Shown here in pieces: positions 40,472-50,425 of a stretch of 64,000 nt of DNA. This DNA is from an uncultured Verrucomicrobiae bacterium. Its GTDB lineage: Bacteria; Verrucomicrobiota; Verrucomicrobiia; Chthoniobacterales; JAFAMB01. The notes under the pieces were generated by a model. It saw only the letters and a list, made by a program, of their open reading frames with translations, searched no databases and was not told the origin of the DNA. The position numbers and the translations under genes are program-made. Within the stretch, counting starts at the first letter, position 1; the number at the start of each line of letters is the position of its first letter. Location: contig CAVXLD010000001.1 in assembly GCA_963762565.1 (NCBI GenBank), forward strand, positions 928,001 to 992,000. Reading direction: 5' to 3'.

Positions 40472-41683
40472 TTACTTTGCGGAGGACTCGCCCAGGCCCG
40501 GCGTTCCCCCGGCGAAGCCAGTTAGTTCCAGATAGCCTTTCCCGTTCACCGACTGCTGATTTCGCGTTCCTTTAATCCGCACACAGCCTTCCCAATACCT
40601 GACCCCTACGTTCAGCTCTTGGTTCTCCACCGGGGTGTTGATTTCGGCATCGAATCCGAGCTTTTCTATCTTAAGATGCCACCCGATTGGATAAGTGGCT
40701 TGCTTGTCCGCCGTGGTCCAGAAGCGAGTCGGTTGCAGGACAAATTCTCCGTTGGCGATATCAACCGCATGCCCGTCGCGATCGATCCACTTGCCGCTGG
40801 AACAGGGATCGATGCCTCCATCGCGCATTCGAATCTGGTAAAGCATTAGATCAGAACCATCGTCCATCTGGATACCAAACCAGTTCCAGCCGACCTGATT
40901 TGCCGCCAATTGGTTCGTGCTCCACTCGCGATCGAACCACGAAAGCCCGGTGACTTGGAATTTCTGCCCAGCTATCACTACCGACCCATGCGTGCGCATG
41001 CGGGTAATCGAATAGTACTCGGATGCATGATCACCGCTGCTGGCCTTCCGGCTATAGCCATTTTCACCCTCAAACACAGGTGATCTTTCCGGCTCTAGAT
41101 CCAAATCAATGGCGCAGCCGTTATTCTCTGCTTTCGCCGCAAACCCTTGTCCAAGATCCAATTCCCAATCTCCAATCCAGGCCAGGCGTGACCCCGAAAG
41201 AAAGCCGGCGTCTCCGTAAGCTCCTCGACTAGTCCGTTCCGCAACATGAAAACTCTTCGCTCGTACGTCGGTGACAGTGAAGTGGGCGAACTTCACATCA
41301 TCCACAACAAATCGAGATTTCACGGGCGTTCGTTGCCTAGGAGATCGATAGCCGTACCTAAAGAAAGTCAGTTCGTAACCGAATTCCCTTCCATCCGCAG
41401 TTTGCAGGTTACCGGTCAGATACCACCATTCGGTTCGATAGTCGGGATGCGGGCCATGATCTTGCGGGAAACGAAATTGGTAACCCGGCTCCGCCAGCCG
41501 CCAGCCCTCCGGCGTTAACGCCGAGAACGCCGTCGGGTCGCCACTCGTGGAGCGCGCCTCGCTTGCGAGGCCGTGGTAAGCAGGGCTGTCGGTAGGAAGG
41601 GCCGATTGATCGCCTGCGCTCTGGTCTGTGAAAAGGCAGGAAGTCACGAGATAGAGCGCTGACCCATACAAGGTGTGCATCAT
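40472..41683 (-). CDS. AttH/CrtC-like lipocalin-fold secreted protein; start uncertain and inside a repeat
   Basis: FPQDHGPHPDYRTEWWY, YYSITR, WFDREWS, GWNWF and YWEG motifs. Confidence 0.85.
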   Translation of the reverse strand: MMHTLYGSALYLVTSCLFTDQSAGDQSALPTDSPAYHGLASEARSTSGDPTAFSALTPEGWRLAEPGYQFRFPQDHGPHPDYRTEWWYLTGNLQTADGREFGYELTFFRYGYRSPRQRTPVKSRFVVDDVKFAHFTVTDVRAKSFHVAERTSRGAYGDAGFLSGSRLAWIGDWELDLGQGFAAKAENNGCAIDLDLEPERSPVFEGENGYSRKASSGDHASEYYSITRMRTHGSVVIAGQKFQVTGLSWFDREWSTNQLAANQVGWNWFGIQMDDGSDLMLYQIRMRDGGIDPCSSGKWIDRDGHAVDIANGEFVLQPTRFWTTADKQATYPIGWHLKIEKLGFDAEINTPVENQELNVGVRYWEGCVRIKGTRNQQSVNGKGYLELTGFAGGTPGLGESSAK

Positions 41684-41729
41684 AACGTTCCCTTGCTTAC
41701 CACGGCCTCGCAAGCGAGCCGCGCTCCAC
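41547..41729. repeat. Palindromic element family C, copy 1
   Basis: GTGGAGCGCGCCTCGCTTGCGAGGCCGTGGTAAGCAGGG ... CCTTGCTTACCACGGCCTCGCAAGCGAGCCGCGCTCCAC. Confidence 0.9.
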
Positions 41730-41767
41730 AACTCACCTTTCACCTTTCACCTCTCACGTCTGAAGTC

Positions 41768-44302
41768 TCACACCATCGACCTTAGCACTCGAAGATTCGA
41801 AGCCCGGGCAGCGAGGAGCGCGGGCAAAAGCCCAGCTAGAACGCCAACCGCAACTAACAACGCTCCCAGGGGGGCGATGTCGGCCCAGGGAAAGTGAACC
41901 GGAATTGTCCAACCAAAAAAGGTTACGTTAATCACACTAGTCAGAACGATTGCCAGAGCGCAGCCACCAACGATTCCCAGTACAACCGCCACTATGGTGA
42001 GGAAAAACGCTTCCAATAGAATAAGGAACAGCAACTGAAACGAAGAGCCACCAAGGCTCCTCAACACCGCAAGCTCTCGTTCCCGCTCTTTCACGATAAC
42101 AGTAAGATTAAGGATAATTCCGATGATCGACACCGCCAGAGCAATCCCCCGCAACAAGTTGGTCACCTGGAAAGTCTGGTCAAAAATGCGTTGTACAACT
42201 CCGCGCAATTCTCGGTTTGATTGAAATGCGTAGGCTTCGGCCCCCGGATAGGATGTTCGCGCCCGCTCAATGACTGCATCGGCAGAAGACCCCGGCCGCA
42301 AATAGAGAGATACCGCCTGCACCCGGTCATCGGCCCAGAAGCGGGTAAAGTTTTGCCTCTGTATCAGTAGCAAACCTTGATCACTGGTATAATCGTAGAA
42401 GATCCCTGCGACCGTGAACTCTCTTTCTCCCAGCGGCGTCGGAATTGTAATCCGGTTGCCCACCTTTAACCCCAACCGTCGGGCGAGCGGTTCCGACGCA
42501 ATCACTCGGTCGGGTTCATGCCAAGCCCGCTCTTTTTCTGCGTCGCCACCGCCGACAAACTCGGGGCTGTTTCTGGGTGAATCCATGGTAACGCCTAGAT
42601 TGACATCCTGATCGTTGATCGTGACCGGAAGCTCACGGTAAGTAGCCATGCTCTCGACTTCCGGAAAGCCTCGCAAAAACGCAATCAGGCCAGGACTAAC
42701 ATAACTGTCGAACCCGGCGAGTTGGTTCTCGGTTGTCGTCACGAATATATCGGCCACCAAGCGCCGGCTCATCCAGCGATCTAAGGTCAGACGAAATGAA
42801 AAGATCATCACCGAAACACTTACCAGAAGCGCAACCGCGCAACCGAGAGCAGCGCTAGTGACCGAGTTTCGATAGAGCGACCGAATTAGGTTCTGAGCGG
42901 AAAGTCGAATCAAGCGCTGCCGTGAAAAAACAATGGCGACCAAATTACCGAGTCCCTGGGTGACACTAGGCGACAGCAAACAGGCCGCGAGTAACACCAG
43001 CGCGGCTGACGCGAAACTGAGCGCTCGGGCATGCCACCACAGAGCCAACCAGCCGCTCAGGACTGCAAGCAGGGCAGAACCGATAGCCAGTAACAGTGTC
43101 CAGGGCCGGAATCGCTCACTGCTTTCGATTAAGAGCCCCAGATTCAGTGCCCGCAGTGGCGGTAAATTCGCGGCTTGAGCCGCTGGAACCCAGGCTCCGA
43201 TGCCGCCGGTCACCAGTCCTAGAACACCTACCACCACTATCTGATCCCAAGGAACGTACGATTGTTCGATACTGGTCAGGATATAGAGATTGCTGATCGT
43301 TTCGGACACTATCCTAATACAGCGGTTGGCTAACACCAATCCCAGCACAACACCAAGGATCACACCGCAAATTGAATAGAAGCTTGCCTCGCCCAAAAAC
43401 AGCAGCCGCACGCCTGTTCTCGAGACACCAAGCGAGCGCAGAATCCCTATCTCCGGACGTCGTCGAACCACGGAAGCAGAGACCGTATTGTAAATCAGAA
43501 AAACGCCGACCATGAGCGAAGCCATGCTGAGCGCACTTAAATTGAGTTGAAAGCCAGCCACCATCTTCTCAATTTGCGAACTACGCGATTGGGGCGTCTG
43601 CACCGACACCGTTGGCGGCAAGAGCTGCTTCAAGAGTGCGATCACCGGCGATGGATCCAGGGGATCGCTTAAACGAAATAGTACCGACGACAGTTTCCCG
43701 GCATCGCCAGACAGCTCTTGTAACCAGCCGATATCCATGGCAGCCAAATGAGAATCCCCTTCCGGCGCATCCAAGAGAAACGCGACCGTCAGCGATTTCA
43801 CTTGCTCACCTAAGCGCACTCGAAAGGTACTGCCAGCATCGAGGTGGTGAGAGTGGGCAAATGCTTTCGTTACCGCGACAGCGCTTGGGTCGCTGAACCA
43901 GCGACCACCGTCAATTTTTTGGCTACCCAATTGTTTGACCTCAAAGGTGCGAAATTCGCTATCGGTGAACGGATCAACCCCCAGCAGATGGAGATACTCC
44001 CCCTGATAGTCAGGAAGAGTAACGATCTTCTCGACCAACGGAGTAGCTGCCGTACAACCGGGCGCTTTTTGTAACTGGGGAAAGATGGCGTCATCTATTT
44101 CCCCGTCTGCTTCCAGGTTAGCTCTCCCTGCGGTCACGTCGACGCTGGCCGACAACGCTCGATTAGCGCTATAGTTAGTAACCTGAATTGCCAAATAGAC
44201 GGCCACCCCTAGAGCGACACTCAGGATATTGATCGAAGCGAGTATGGGATGACAGAGCGCGTCCCGGATCACCAAGTGATAGAAAAATCGGAAGCCGCTC
44301 AT
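41768..44302 (-). CDS. FtsX/MacB-like ABC transporter permease (duplicated, ~845 aa)
   Basis: Two repeats of R.PEIGILRSLG / RERELAVLRSLG, with TM plus periplasmic domain architecture. Confidence 0.88.
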   Translation of the reverse strand: MSGFRFFYHLVIRDALCHPILASINILSVALGVAVYLAIQVTNYSANRALSASVDVTAGRANLEADGEIDDAIFPQLQKAPGCTAATPLVEKIVTLPDYQGEYLHLLGVDPFTDSEFRTFEVKQLGSQKIDGGRWFSDPSAVAVTKAFAHSHHLDAGSTFRVRLGEQVKSLTVAFLLDAPEGDSHLAAMDIGWLQELSGDAGKLSSVLFRLSDPLDPSPVIALLKQLLPPTVSVQTPQSRSSQIEKMVAGFQLNLSALSMASLMVGVFLIYNTVSASVVRRRPEIGILRSLGVSRTGVRLLFLGEASFYSICGVILGVVLGLVLANRCIRIVSETISNLYILTSIEQSYVPWDQIVVVGVLGLVTGGIGAWVPAAQAANLPPLRALNLGLLIESSERFRPWTLLLAIGSALLAVLSGWLALWWHARALSFASAALVLLAACLLSPSVTQGLGNLVAIVFSRQRLIRLSAQNLIRSLYRNSVTSAALGCAVALLVSVSVMIFSFRLTLDRWMSRRLVADIFVTTTENQLAGFDSYVSPGLIAFLRGFPEVESMATYRELPVTINDQDVNLGVTMDSPRNSPEFVGGGDAEKERAWHEPDRVIASEPLARRLGLKVGNRITIPTPLGEREFTVAGIFYDYTSDQGLLLIQRQNFTRFWADDRVQAVSLYLRPGSSADAVIERARTSYPGAEAYAFQSNRELRGVVQRIFDQTFQVTNLLRGIALAVSIIGIILNLTVIVKERERELAVLRSLGGSSFQLLFLILLEAFFLTIVAVVLGIVGGCALAIVLTSVINVTFFGWTIPVHFPWADIAPLGALLVAVGVLAGLLPALLAARASNLRVLRSMV

Positions 44303-44399
44303 GGGTAACGCCGACAAGACCGGGAGCGCTCCGGCGGCTGCCGGACCGAGGAACGACCTGTTGCGGCCATACCCAGACGGCGCGCCATCACCCCAACCT

Positions 44400-44524
44400 G
44401 GGGAGGGCGCGCGTCCTGGCGCGCCGGGAAAACGTTCCCCGCCTCCAGATGTATTTTGATCATTCGGTCATCAAACGCGGTTAGCCTCCGTAAACAAAGG
44501 ATCGCGGGGACGCGATCCCTCCCC
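44400..44524. repeat. Family B copy 2
   Basis: GGGGAGGGCGCGCGTCCTGGCGCGCC ... ATCGCGGGGACGCGATCCCTCCCC. Confidence 0.85.
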
Positions 44525-44541
44525 CTCACCGCAGACCCCGT

Positions 44542-47310
44542 TCACGGCGCTCCCGGCGTTGTCTCAATACTAACCCCGGTGGCGGCAGTTAGCAGGTTCG
44601 CCTGCAGCCGGTCAAGCAGCGGTCGGCTAGTCAGTTTTCTGCCTTCGGCGTCATTTACATAAAAACTGTCGAAGGCAGCCCCTTTCTCAGTGGCAATTCT
44701 GGAGTGAGCGATATTGAGTTGAACTGCAGCAAAACAGCGGAGCACATCGTACAACAGCCCCATTCGATCCGCGGTCTGCAGATCAATCACGGTGTACGCC
44801 GGGTGCACTTCATTAGAAATCGTTAGCTTAGTGGGAAGTTCCATATCAGCGCTCACTTGGTATACAGGCCGCCGGCGGGCCTTGTTAAGAAGCGGGCCAA
44901 AGTCGAAGTCGGGTACACTCAGCGCCTGACTTAGAACCAATTCTACTTGGTTCCGCTCGGTTTCCTCGGTCACAGGCTGAAAGTTCGGGTCGCACACGCG
45001 AAAGACGCCCAACATAATATCGTCGTCCCGGGTGTACGCGTCCGCGCTGAGAATATTGATTGAGGCGGTGGCAAATGAGCCCGCTATCTTCGCCATCAAA
45101 GCGACCCGATCCCACGTACAAACCCAGACTTCGCTATGACCTTGGTCGGGTTTATCCTGCCAGCGAATCGCCGCACTCAACGCTGCCGTCGGCTCGTTAT
45201 ACCGGGCTTCTAACCAGGTTCGTACCAGCCGTATATGTCCAATAATGTCGTTAACCTGGGTACTCTGGAAGTATCGTTCAGGCATCGATTCGAAATGAAC
45301 CTCGATCTCTTCTCCAAAATCACGGGCCATTCGCTTGGACACCGTCTGCCGAAGATCAGCTCGCTCAATGCGCGCCTGTTTGAAGAATTCCGCTTCGTCA
45401 CGCAAATAACTCGAGGCCGCGTTGTATAGCTGCCACACCAGCGTCTCTTTCCAATCCGACCAATTCTGTCCGCTGGTGCCTTGGCCGTCTGCCAAGGTTA
45501 GTAGCATCAGATAATCCAGGTTGACTTGATTACGCACGTTCTCCGCAAAAGCCGCGATGGTTGCCGGGTCCTCAATGTTTCGACGTTGAGCGATCTCCGA
45601 CAACGTCAGGTGATGATCAACCAACAAAATGAGCCGGCTGCGTCGCTCCGGCGAGAGCTGGAGCCGGGCGGCCACCTTTTGGGCGTTCAGAGCGCTGGCT
45701 TCGGAATGATGCCGGGCGCTGGATGCTTTCCCGGTATCGTGGAGCAGTAACGTCAAATAGAGAACGAATGGATCCTCCATTCCTCTAAACAAAACTTGAT
45801 AATCGGTTAGCTTTGGATCGATCGTGTCTATTAACTCGTCCAACTTCTCGATACATTGCAACGTGTGCTCATCCCCCGTATAGCGGTGGAAAAATTCATG
45901 TTGAACCAGGCAGGTAATTTCTCCGAATTCCGGCAAATATCGCCCGAGTACGTCGACTTCATGCATCATTCTCAAGATGCGACCTACCTGACCCTTGCGG
46001 GAAAGGATGGCTTGAAACGTTTCTCGAGCAGAGCGCGCGTATTGAAAGGTCCGATTAATTAGGCGCGTCCTGCGGCGAATCAGCTCTTCCAACTCGGGGC
46101 TAAGATCCAGCTCGCGCTGCTGCGCATGCAGAAAAACCCGCAATAACCTGAACGGGTCTTCCTTAAAAATGTCGCGGTTCTCGTAATAGATCAATCCGTT
46201 CTGACTATAGAATCCGTCGAAATGCTCAGTTTTGAGCTTCCGCTTCGCTAAAAAACCAAAGATCGGGCGCGTATCTTTGTTGGTACTCTCAGGTAGGAGA
46301 AACCGCTCGGTGATTCGAGTCGTTGTAAGATAAATCGTGCGAGCGTGCTGGAAATAGTCTCGCATGAACGCTTCACTTCGACGCACCACCGTTTTCTGAG
46401 GATAATTGAAGTGGTTCGCTACTTGGCCCTGTAAAAAGAGCGTCAGCACATCGGCAGGTCTTTTATTTATGTAATGCAGCTCGGTTCTGACCCGCTCAAG
46501 AAAGTCGTAAGCCCGATCGATTGCCCGGCGATCGCTCTCGGAAATATATTTTCGCTCTACCAACTTCGCCGTGCTCATGACACCGTCGCGGAAATAGCAG
46601 ATCCATTGCATGTTCTGGTAATCGCGCAGGCCGCCGCACCCGTTCTTGACATTCGGCTCCTGCATAAACACAGAGCCGCCGTATTTCCGCCACCGTTCTT
46701 CCTGGTTAGCCAGACGCCAGGTCAAGTATGCGCTGACCTGTCCACGAACGCAGTGTTCGAAGAAATCGCGACGGAATTTAGCGTACAGATTCCGGTTACC
46801 CGCGAGGAACCGGGACTCGAGCAGCGACGTTTTCGTGAGAACATCAGAGTTGGCTAGCCGGATGGCCTCCTGAATCGATCGGGTCGCGTGCCCGACCTTG
46901 AATCCTACATCCCATAACATGTAAAGAACCTGTTCGATGATGTTGGCGGCGTCGGGTTGGATCTTCCCCATCTCATGCAGGAACAAAATATCGACGTCGC
47001 TGTAAGGATTCAGTTCACCCCGGCCATATCCGCCGATAGCTAAAAGTGCGACCGGAGGCGTCTGGTTGTTGAACGGGGGGAATTCGACCGCCCCTTCAAA
47101 TAGGTGCCGGAGGACGACGTCAAGCAAGGTTGCTCGGTCCCGGACTACTTCTAGTCCACCGGCGCCCGAATAATGCTTTAGCCGGAGGCGATGCTCTTCT
47201 AGCTTAAGAAACTTCTTATACAGGTTAAGTCTTTCTCGAAGCCGCTCCTTGCCTTCGGAAACAAGTTGTCGCTCGGCATGAGCCAAGATTTTTTCGAGAT
47301 GTTGAGCCAT
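44542..47310 (-). CDS. glnD: [Protein-PII] uridylyltransferase / uridylyl-removing enzyme
   Basis: AIGGYGRGEL.PYSDVD, EPNVK..GGLRD, HD domain (LLHDTGK) and two ACT domains. Confidence 0.96.
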   Translation of the reverse strand: MAQHLEKILAHAERQLVSEGKERLRERLNLYKKFLKLEEHRLRLKHYSGAGGLEVVRDRATLLDVVLRHLFEGAVEFPPFNNQTPPVALLAIGGYGRGELNPYSDVDILFLHEMGKIQPDAANIIEQVLYMLWDVGFKVGHATRSIQEAIRLANSDVLTKTSLLESRFLAGNRNLYAKFRRDFFEHCVRGQVSAYLTWRLANQEERWRKYGGSVFMQEPNVKNGCGGLRDYQNMQWICYFRDGVMSTAKLVERKYISESDRRAIDRAYDFLERVRTELHYINKRPADVLTLFLQGQVANHFNYPQKTVVRRSEAFMRDYFQHARTIYLTTTRITERFLLPESTNKDTRPIFGFLAKRKLKTEHFDGFYSQNGLIYYENRDIFKEDPFRLLRVFLHAQQRELDLSPELEELIRRRTRLINRTFQYARSARETFQAILSRKGQVGRILRMMHEVDVLGRYLPEFGEITCLVQHEFFHRYTGDEHTLQCIEKLDELIDTIDPKLTDYQVLFRGMEDPFVLYLTLLLHDTGKASSARHHSEASALNAQKVAARLQLSPERRSRLILLVDHHLTLSEIAQRRNIEDPATIAAFAENVRNQVNLDYLMLLTLADGQGTSGQNWSDWKETLVWQLYNAASSYLRDEAEFFKQARIERADLRQTVSKRMARDFGEEIEVHFESMPERYFQSTQVNDIIGHIRLVRTWLEARYNEPTAALSAAIRWQDKPDQGHSEVWVCTWDRVALMAKIAGSFATASINILSADAYTRDDDIMLGVFRVCDPNFQPVTEETERNQVELVLSQALSVPDFDFGPLLNKARRRPVYQVSADMELPTKLTISNEVHPAYTVIDLQTADRMGLLYDVLRCFAAVQLNIAHSRIATEKGAAFDSFYVNDAEGRKLTSRPLLDRLQANLLTAATGVSIETTPGAP

Positions 47311-47328
47311 CTGTCCGCCGGAAACTCA

Positions 47329-47438
47329 ACCGCAAATACACGCAGATAAACGCGGATTGAATTCCCTGGAACTACTGTAGCAAACGAAACGTCGCATTAC
47401 TCTCTTAAATCTGCGTCTATCTGCGTTAATCTGTGGCT
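47329..47438. repeat. Inverted 10-mer arrays (ACGCAGATAA / ATCTGCGT type)
   Basis: ccgcaaatacacgcagataaacgcggatt ... aatctgcgtctatctgcgttaatctgtgg. Confidence 0.8.
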
Positions 47439-47456
47439 GAGGGTCTTGCCTTACGT

Positions 47457-50045
47457 TCATGAGGCCATTGCTCCTAGCCGGTCGCGGAGTTGTTCTAGTC
47501 GGCTCAGAAAGTCGGCCTCTCGTTTACGATGCTCTTCGACAACGGCCGCCGGGGCCCTGTTCACAAAATTCTCGTTCGCTAATTTCTTGCGCACTGTCTC
47601 TAATTCTTCTTCCAGCTTGGCGATTTCCCGCGCCAGACGTTGCTTTTCCGCGTCTAGGTCGACGGATCCCTCCAAAGGTAAGAATACTTGCCCGATTGGG
47701 GTGATCGCAACGGGCTCACCTCGCGCTGACTGATAGTCGGGTGTCACCTCAAGAGGTTCTGCTCCGCAAAGACGACCGAACACAGCGAAGTCTCCGGCCA
47801 GCTCAGGCCTCAAAACAATTCGGATTTTTTTGTTCGACGGAATCCGGTATTCGGCTCGCAAATTTCGAGTGATCGAAGTTGCCTCGTACACCGCCGTCGC
47901 AAACCGCACGCTTTCTTCGGCCGGCGGCAGATCAACTCGCAGATCCGACAGTGAAGCAAATTGTATACTCCCAGAGCCGTACCCCATCCGCTGCCAAAGC
48001 TCTTCGGTGATGTGTGGCATAAACGGATGGAGCAATCGGATCACAGAGGAAAGCACTCGATCCATGACCCAGAGAGCGCCCGCACGCTCCTTCTCGTTTT
48101 GCAATTCTGTTTTCGCCGCCTCCAGGTACCAGTCGCAGAAGTCGCTCCAGAAGAAGTCGTATAAACTCTGAGCAATGTCCGTGAAAAGGTACTCGGAATA
48201 CCCGCGCTCGATCCGATCCACCGTCTGGTTCAGCTGAGAAAGAATTTTGATGGAATAGGGCGAGAAACTCGACACCGCCGGTGGCTCATCGACGCTCGCT
48301 CCCTGCAGCTGGCGAAAGCGAAACGCATTCCAGAGCTTATTGGCAAAGTTCCGTCCCTCCTCGATTTGTTTCTCATCGAAACGGATATCTTGCCCATGTG
48401 GAGCGGTCCGTAGAAGGCCGAACCGAAGCCCATCAGCGCCGTATTTAGCGATTAAGTCCAAGGGATCAGGCGAGTTCCCCAAGCTCTTGGACATTTTGCG
48501 CCCTTGCCCATCCCGAATGATCCCGGTAAAGAACACGTCCTCAAAGGGTCGCCGGTCTTGGAATTCGAATCCGGCCATCATCATCCGAGCCACCCAGAGA
48601 AAAATGATGTCAGGGGCGGTCACGAGATCGTTGGTAGGATAAAACCGTTTTCTCATGCCGGGCGTCATAGTGGCAAACGGCCAGAGCCACGATGAAAACC
48701 AGGTATCCAGCACATCGGGATCTTGTTCCCAATTTTCCGGATCCGGCGGGGGCTCAATCGCTACGTGGAGACGGCCTGGTTCGTTCCGATGATACCAGAC
48801 CGGAATCCTGTGGCCCCACCAAACCTGCCGGCTGATACACCAATCCTGGATATTCTCGATCCAGTGTTCGAGGTTTTTGACCCAACGTTCAGGGCGCAGC
48901 CGAATCTCACCGTCGCGAACCGCGTTCAAGGTTCGCTCAACCTGGGGGTACCGCAGAAACCACTGTTCGCTCAGCCTTGGCTCAATCGGGACCTTAGCCC
49001 GCTCACTATAACCAACGGTGTGCTCGTACGGTTCCTCTCGGACCAACAACCCCAGGTCTCGAAGCTTCTCGACAGCCAATTTGCGGGCCTCGGCCCGATC
49101 CACGCCAACGAAGTCCGGCCCGGCTAGTTCATTCAAGGTCCCGTCCGGATTGAGCACGTCGATTAACTCCAGTCCGTGACGCTGGCCAATCTCAAAGTCG
49201 ACTTTGTCGTGCGCCGGAGTCACCTTCAAAACTCCGGTCCCGAACTCCACATCGATCGCATCGTCTCCAACGATTGGGATTTGGACTCGGGGAAACGGAC
49301 GCCAGCAATGCTTCCCGATCAGGTGCGCGTACCGGCTGTCTCGAGGATTCACCGCCACCCCCGTATCTCCCATCAAGGTCTCCGGACGAGTGGTCGCGAT
49401 CTCAAGGAATTGCCCAGGCAGCTCAACGATTTCGTACCGCATCACGTACAGGAAACCTTTCACCGGTGTCGGCACCACTTCTTCATCGGACAATGCCGTT
49501 AACGAGCCTGGGTCCCAATTCACCATTCGCTTCCCTCGATAAATTCGGCCCTTGTTGTAGAGGTCAACGAAGGTAGCTCTCACCTCATGCGAGTACTCCG
49601 GGTCCATGGTGAATCGCTCCCGGGACCAGTCGCAGGAACAGCCGAGCTTCTTAAGCTGCTCGATGATGATGCCGCCGTGACGTTCTTTCCACTCCCAGAC
49701 GCGCTTAATAAAATCCTCCCGCCCAAGATCAAAACGGGACTTTCCTTCCTTGCGGAGCTGTCTTTCCACAACCGTTTGAGTCGCAAGCCCGGCATGGTCA
49801 GTCCCGGGCAGCCAAAGCACTTCTTTCCCGAGCATGCGCGCTCGCCGCGCAAGAACGTCTTGGATCGTGTTGTTCAAAACGTGCCCCATCGTTAGGACCC
49901 CGGTCACATTGGGCGGAGGAATCACGATGGCGTAACCCGGCTTCGGCGATCGGACCTTGGCGTGGAAGTCCTTGTCGCGGACCCAGTTGCGGTACCATTT
50001 CGGCTCGACGGCTCCCGGTTCGTAGGCTGTGGAAATCACTTCCAT
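47457..50045 (-). CDS. valS: Valine--tRNA ligase
   Basis: PPPNVTG, WLPGTDHAG, ATTRPET, DWCISRQ, KMSKS and C-terminal coiled coil. Confidence 0.97.
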   Translation of the reverse strand: MEVISTAYEPGAVEPKWYRNWVRDKDFHAKVRSPKPGYAIVIPPPNVTGVLTMGHVLNNTIQDVLARRARMLGKEVLWLPGTDHAGLATQTVVERQLRKEGKSRFDLGREDFIKRVWEWKERHGGIIIEQLKKLGCSCDWSRERFTMDPEYSHEVRATFVDLYNKGRIYRGKRMVNWDPGSLTALSDEEVVPTPVKGFLYVMRYEIVELPGQFLEIATTRPETLMGDTGVAVNPRDSRYAHLIGKHCWRPFPRVQIPIVGDDAIDVEFGTGVLKVTPAHDKVDFEIGQRHGLELIDVLNPDGTLNELAGPDFVGVDRAEARKLAVEKLRDLGLLVREEPYEHTVGYSERAKVPIEPRLSEQWFLRYPQVERTLNAVRDGEIRLRPERWVKNLEHWIENIQDWCISRQVWWGHRIPVWYHRNEPGRLHVAIEPPPDPENWEQDPDVLDTWFSSWLWPFATMTPGMRKRFYPTNDLVTAPDIIFLWVARMMMAGFEFQDRRPFEDVFFTGIIRDGQGRKMSKSLGNSPDPLDLIAKYGADGLRFGLLRTAPHGQDIRFDEKQIEEGRNFANKLWNAFRFRQLQGASVDEPPAVSSFSPYSIKILSQLNQTVDRIERGYSEYLFTDIAQSLYDFFWSDFCDWYLEAAKTELQNEKERAGALWVMDRVLSSVIRLLHPFMPHITEELWQRMGYGSGSIQFASLSDLRVDLPPAEESVRFATAVYEATSITRNLRAEYRIPSNKKIRIVLRPELAGDFAVFGRLCGAEPLEVTPDYQSARGEPVAITPIGQVFLPLEGSVDLDAEKQRLAREIAKLEEELETVRKKLANENFVNRAPAAVVEEHRKREADFLSRLEQLRDRLGAMAS

Positions 50046-50155
50046 TGGGATTGCGAATCTGTCCTGAGCGGGGCAGTTCTGCAACTATGGAGCGCAGAGG
50101 ATGGGACGAGAGGATGGAACCCGGGGATTGTCGCGAACACGTGAATGGTTCCCAA

Positions 50156-50397
50156 CCCCTGATCGGTAGGGCGAAAAACTCGGCGCGCTGAATGCATGTT
50201 TGTTTCAACCGCTTGCCCGCGCCGGTTTTGAGCCGTCCCGTGCGTGTGCCACCTCAAAGGCGGGCACGATCCATGGCTATTTTGGCCGCCCAATGGATGA
50301 AAACGACCCCACGGTGCCGCTCAAAACCGGCGCGGACTAATTACAGGCACAATCAACGTCTTCGGCGCGCCGAGTTTTTCGCCCTACCGATCAGGGG
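50156..50397. repeat. Palindromic element family D (GTAG-REP doublet with loop inserts)
   Basis: CCCCTGATCGGTAGGGCGAAAAACTCGGCGCGC / GCGCGCCGAGTTTTTCGCCCTACCGATCAGGGG; inner CCGCGCCGGTTTTGAGC / GCTCAAAACCGGCGCGG. Confidence 0.9.
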
Positions 50398-50425
50398 CCT
50401 GCTACACGCCCCTCGGCAAGCCGCG

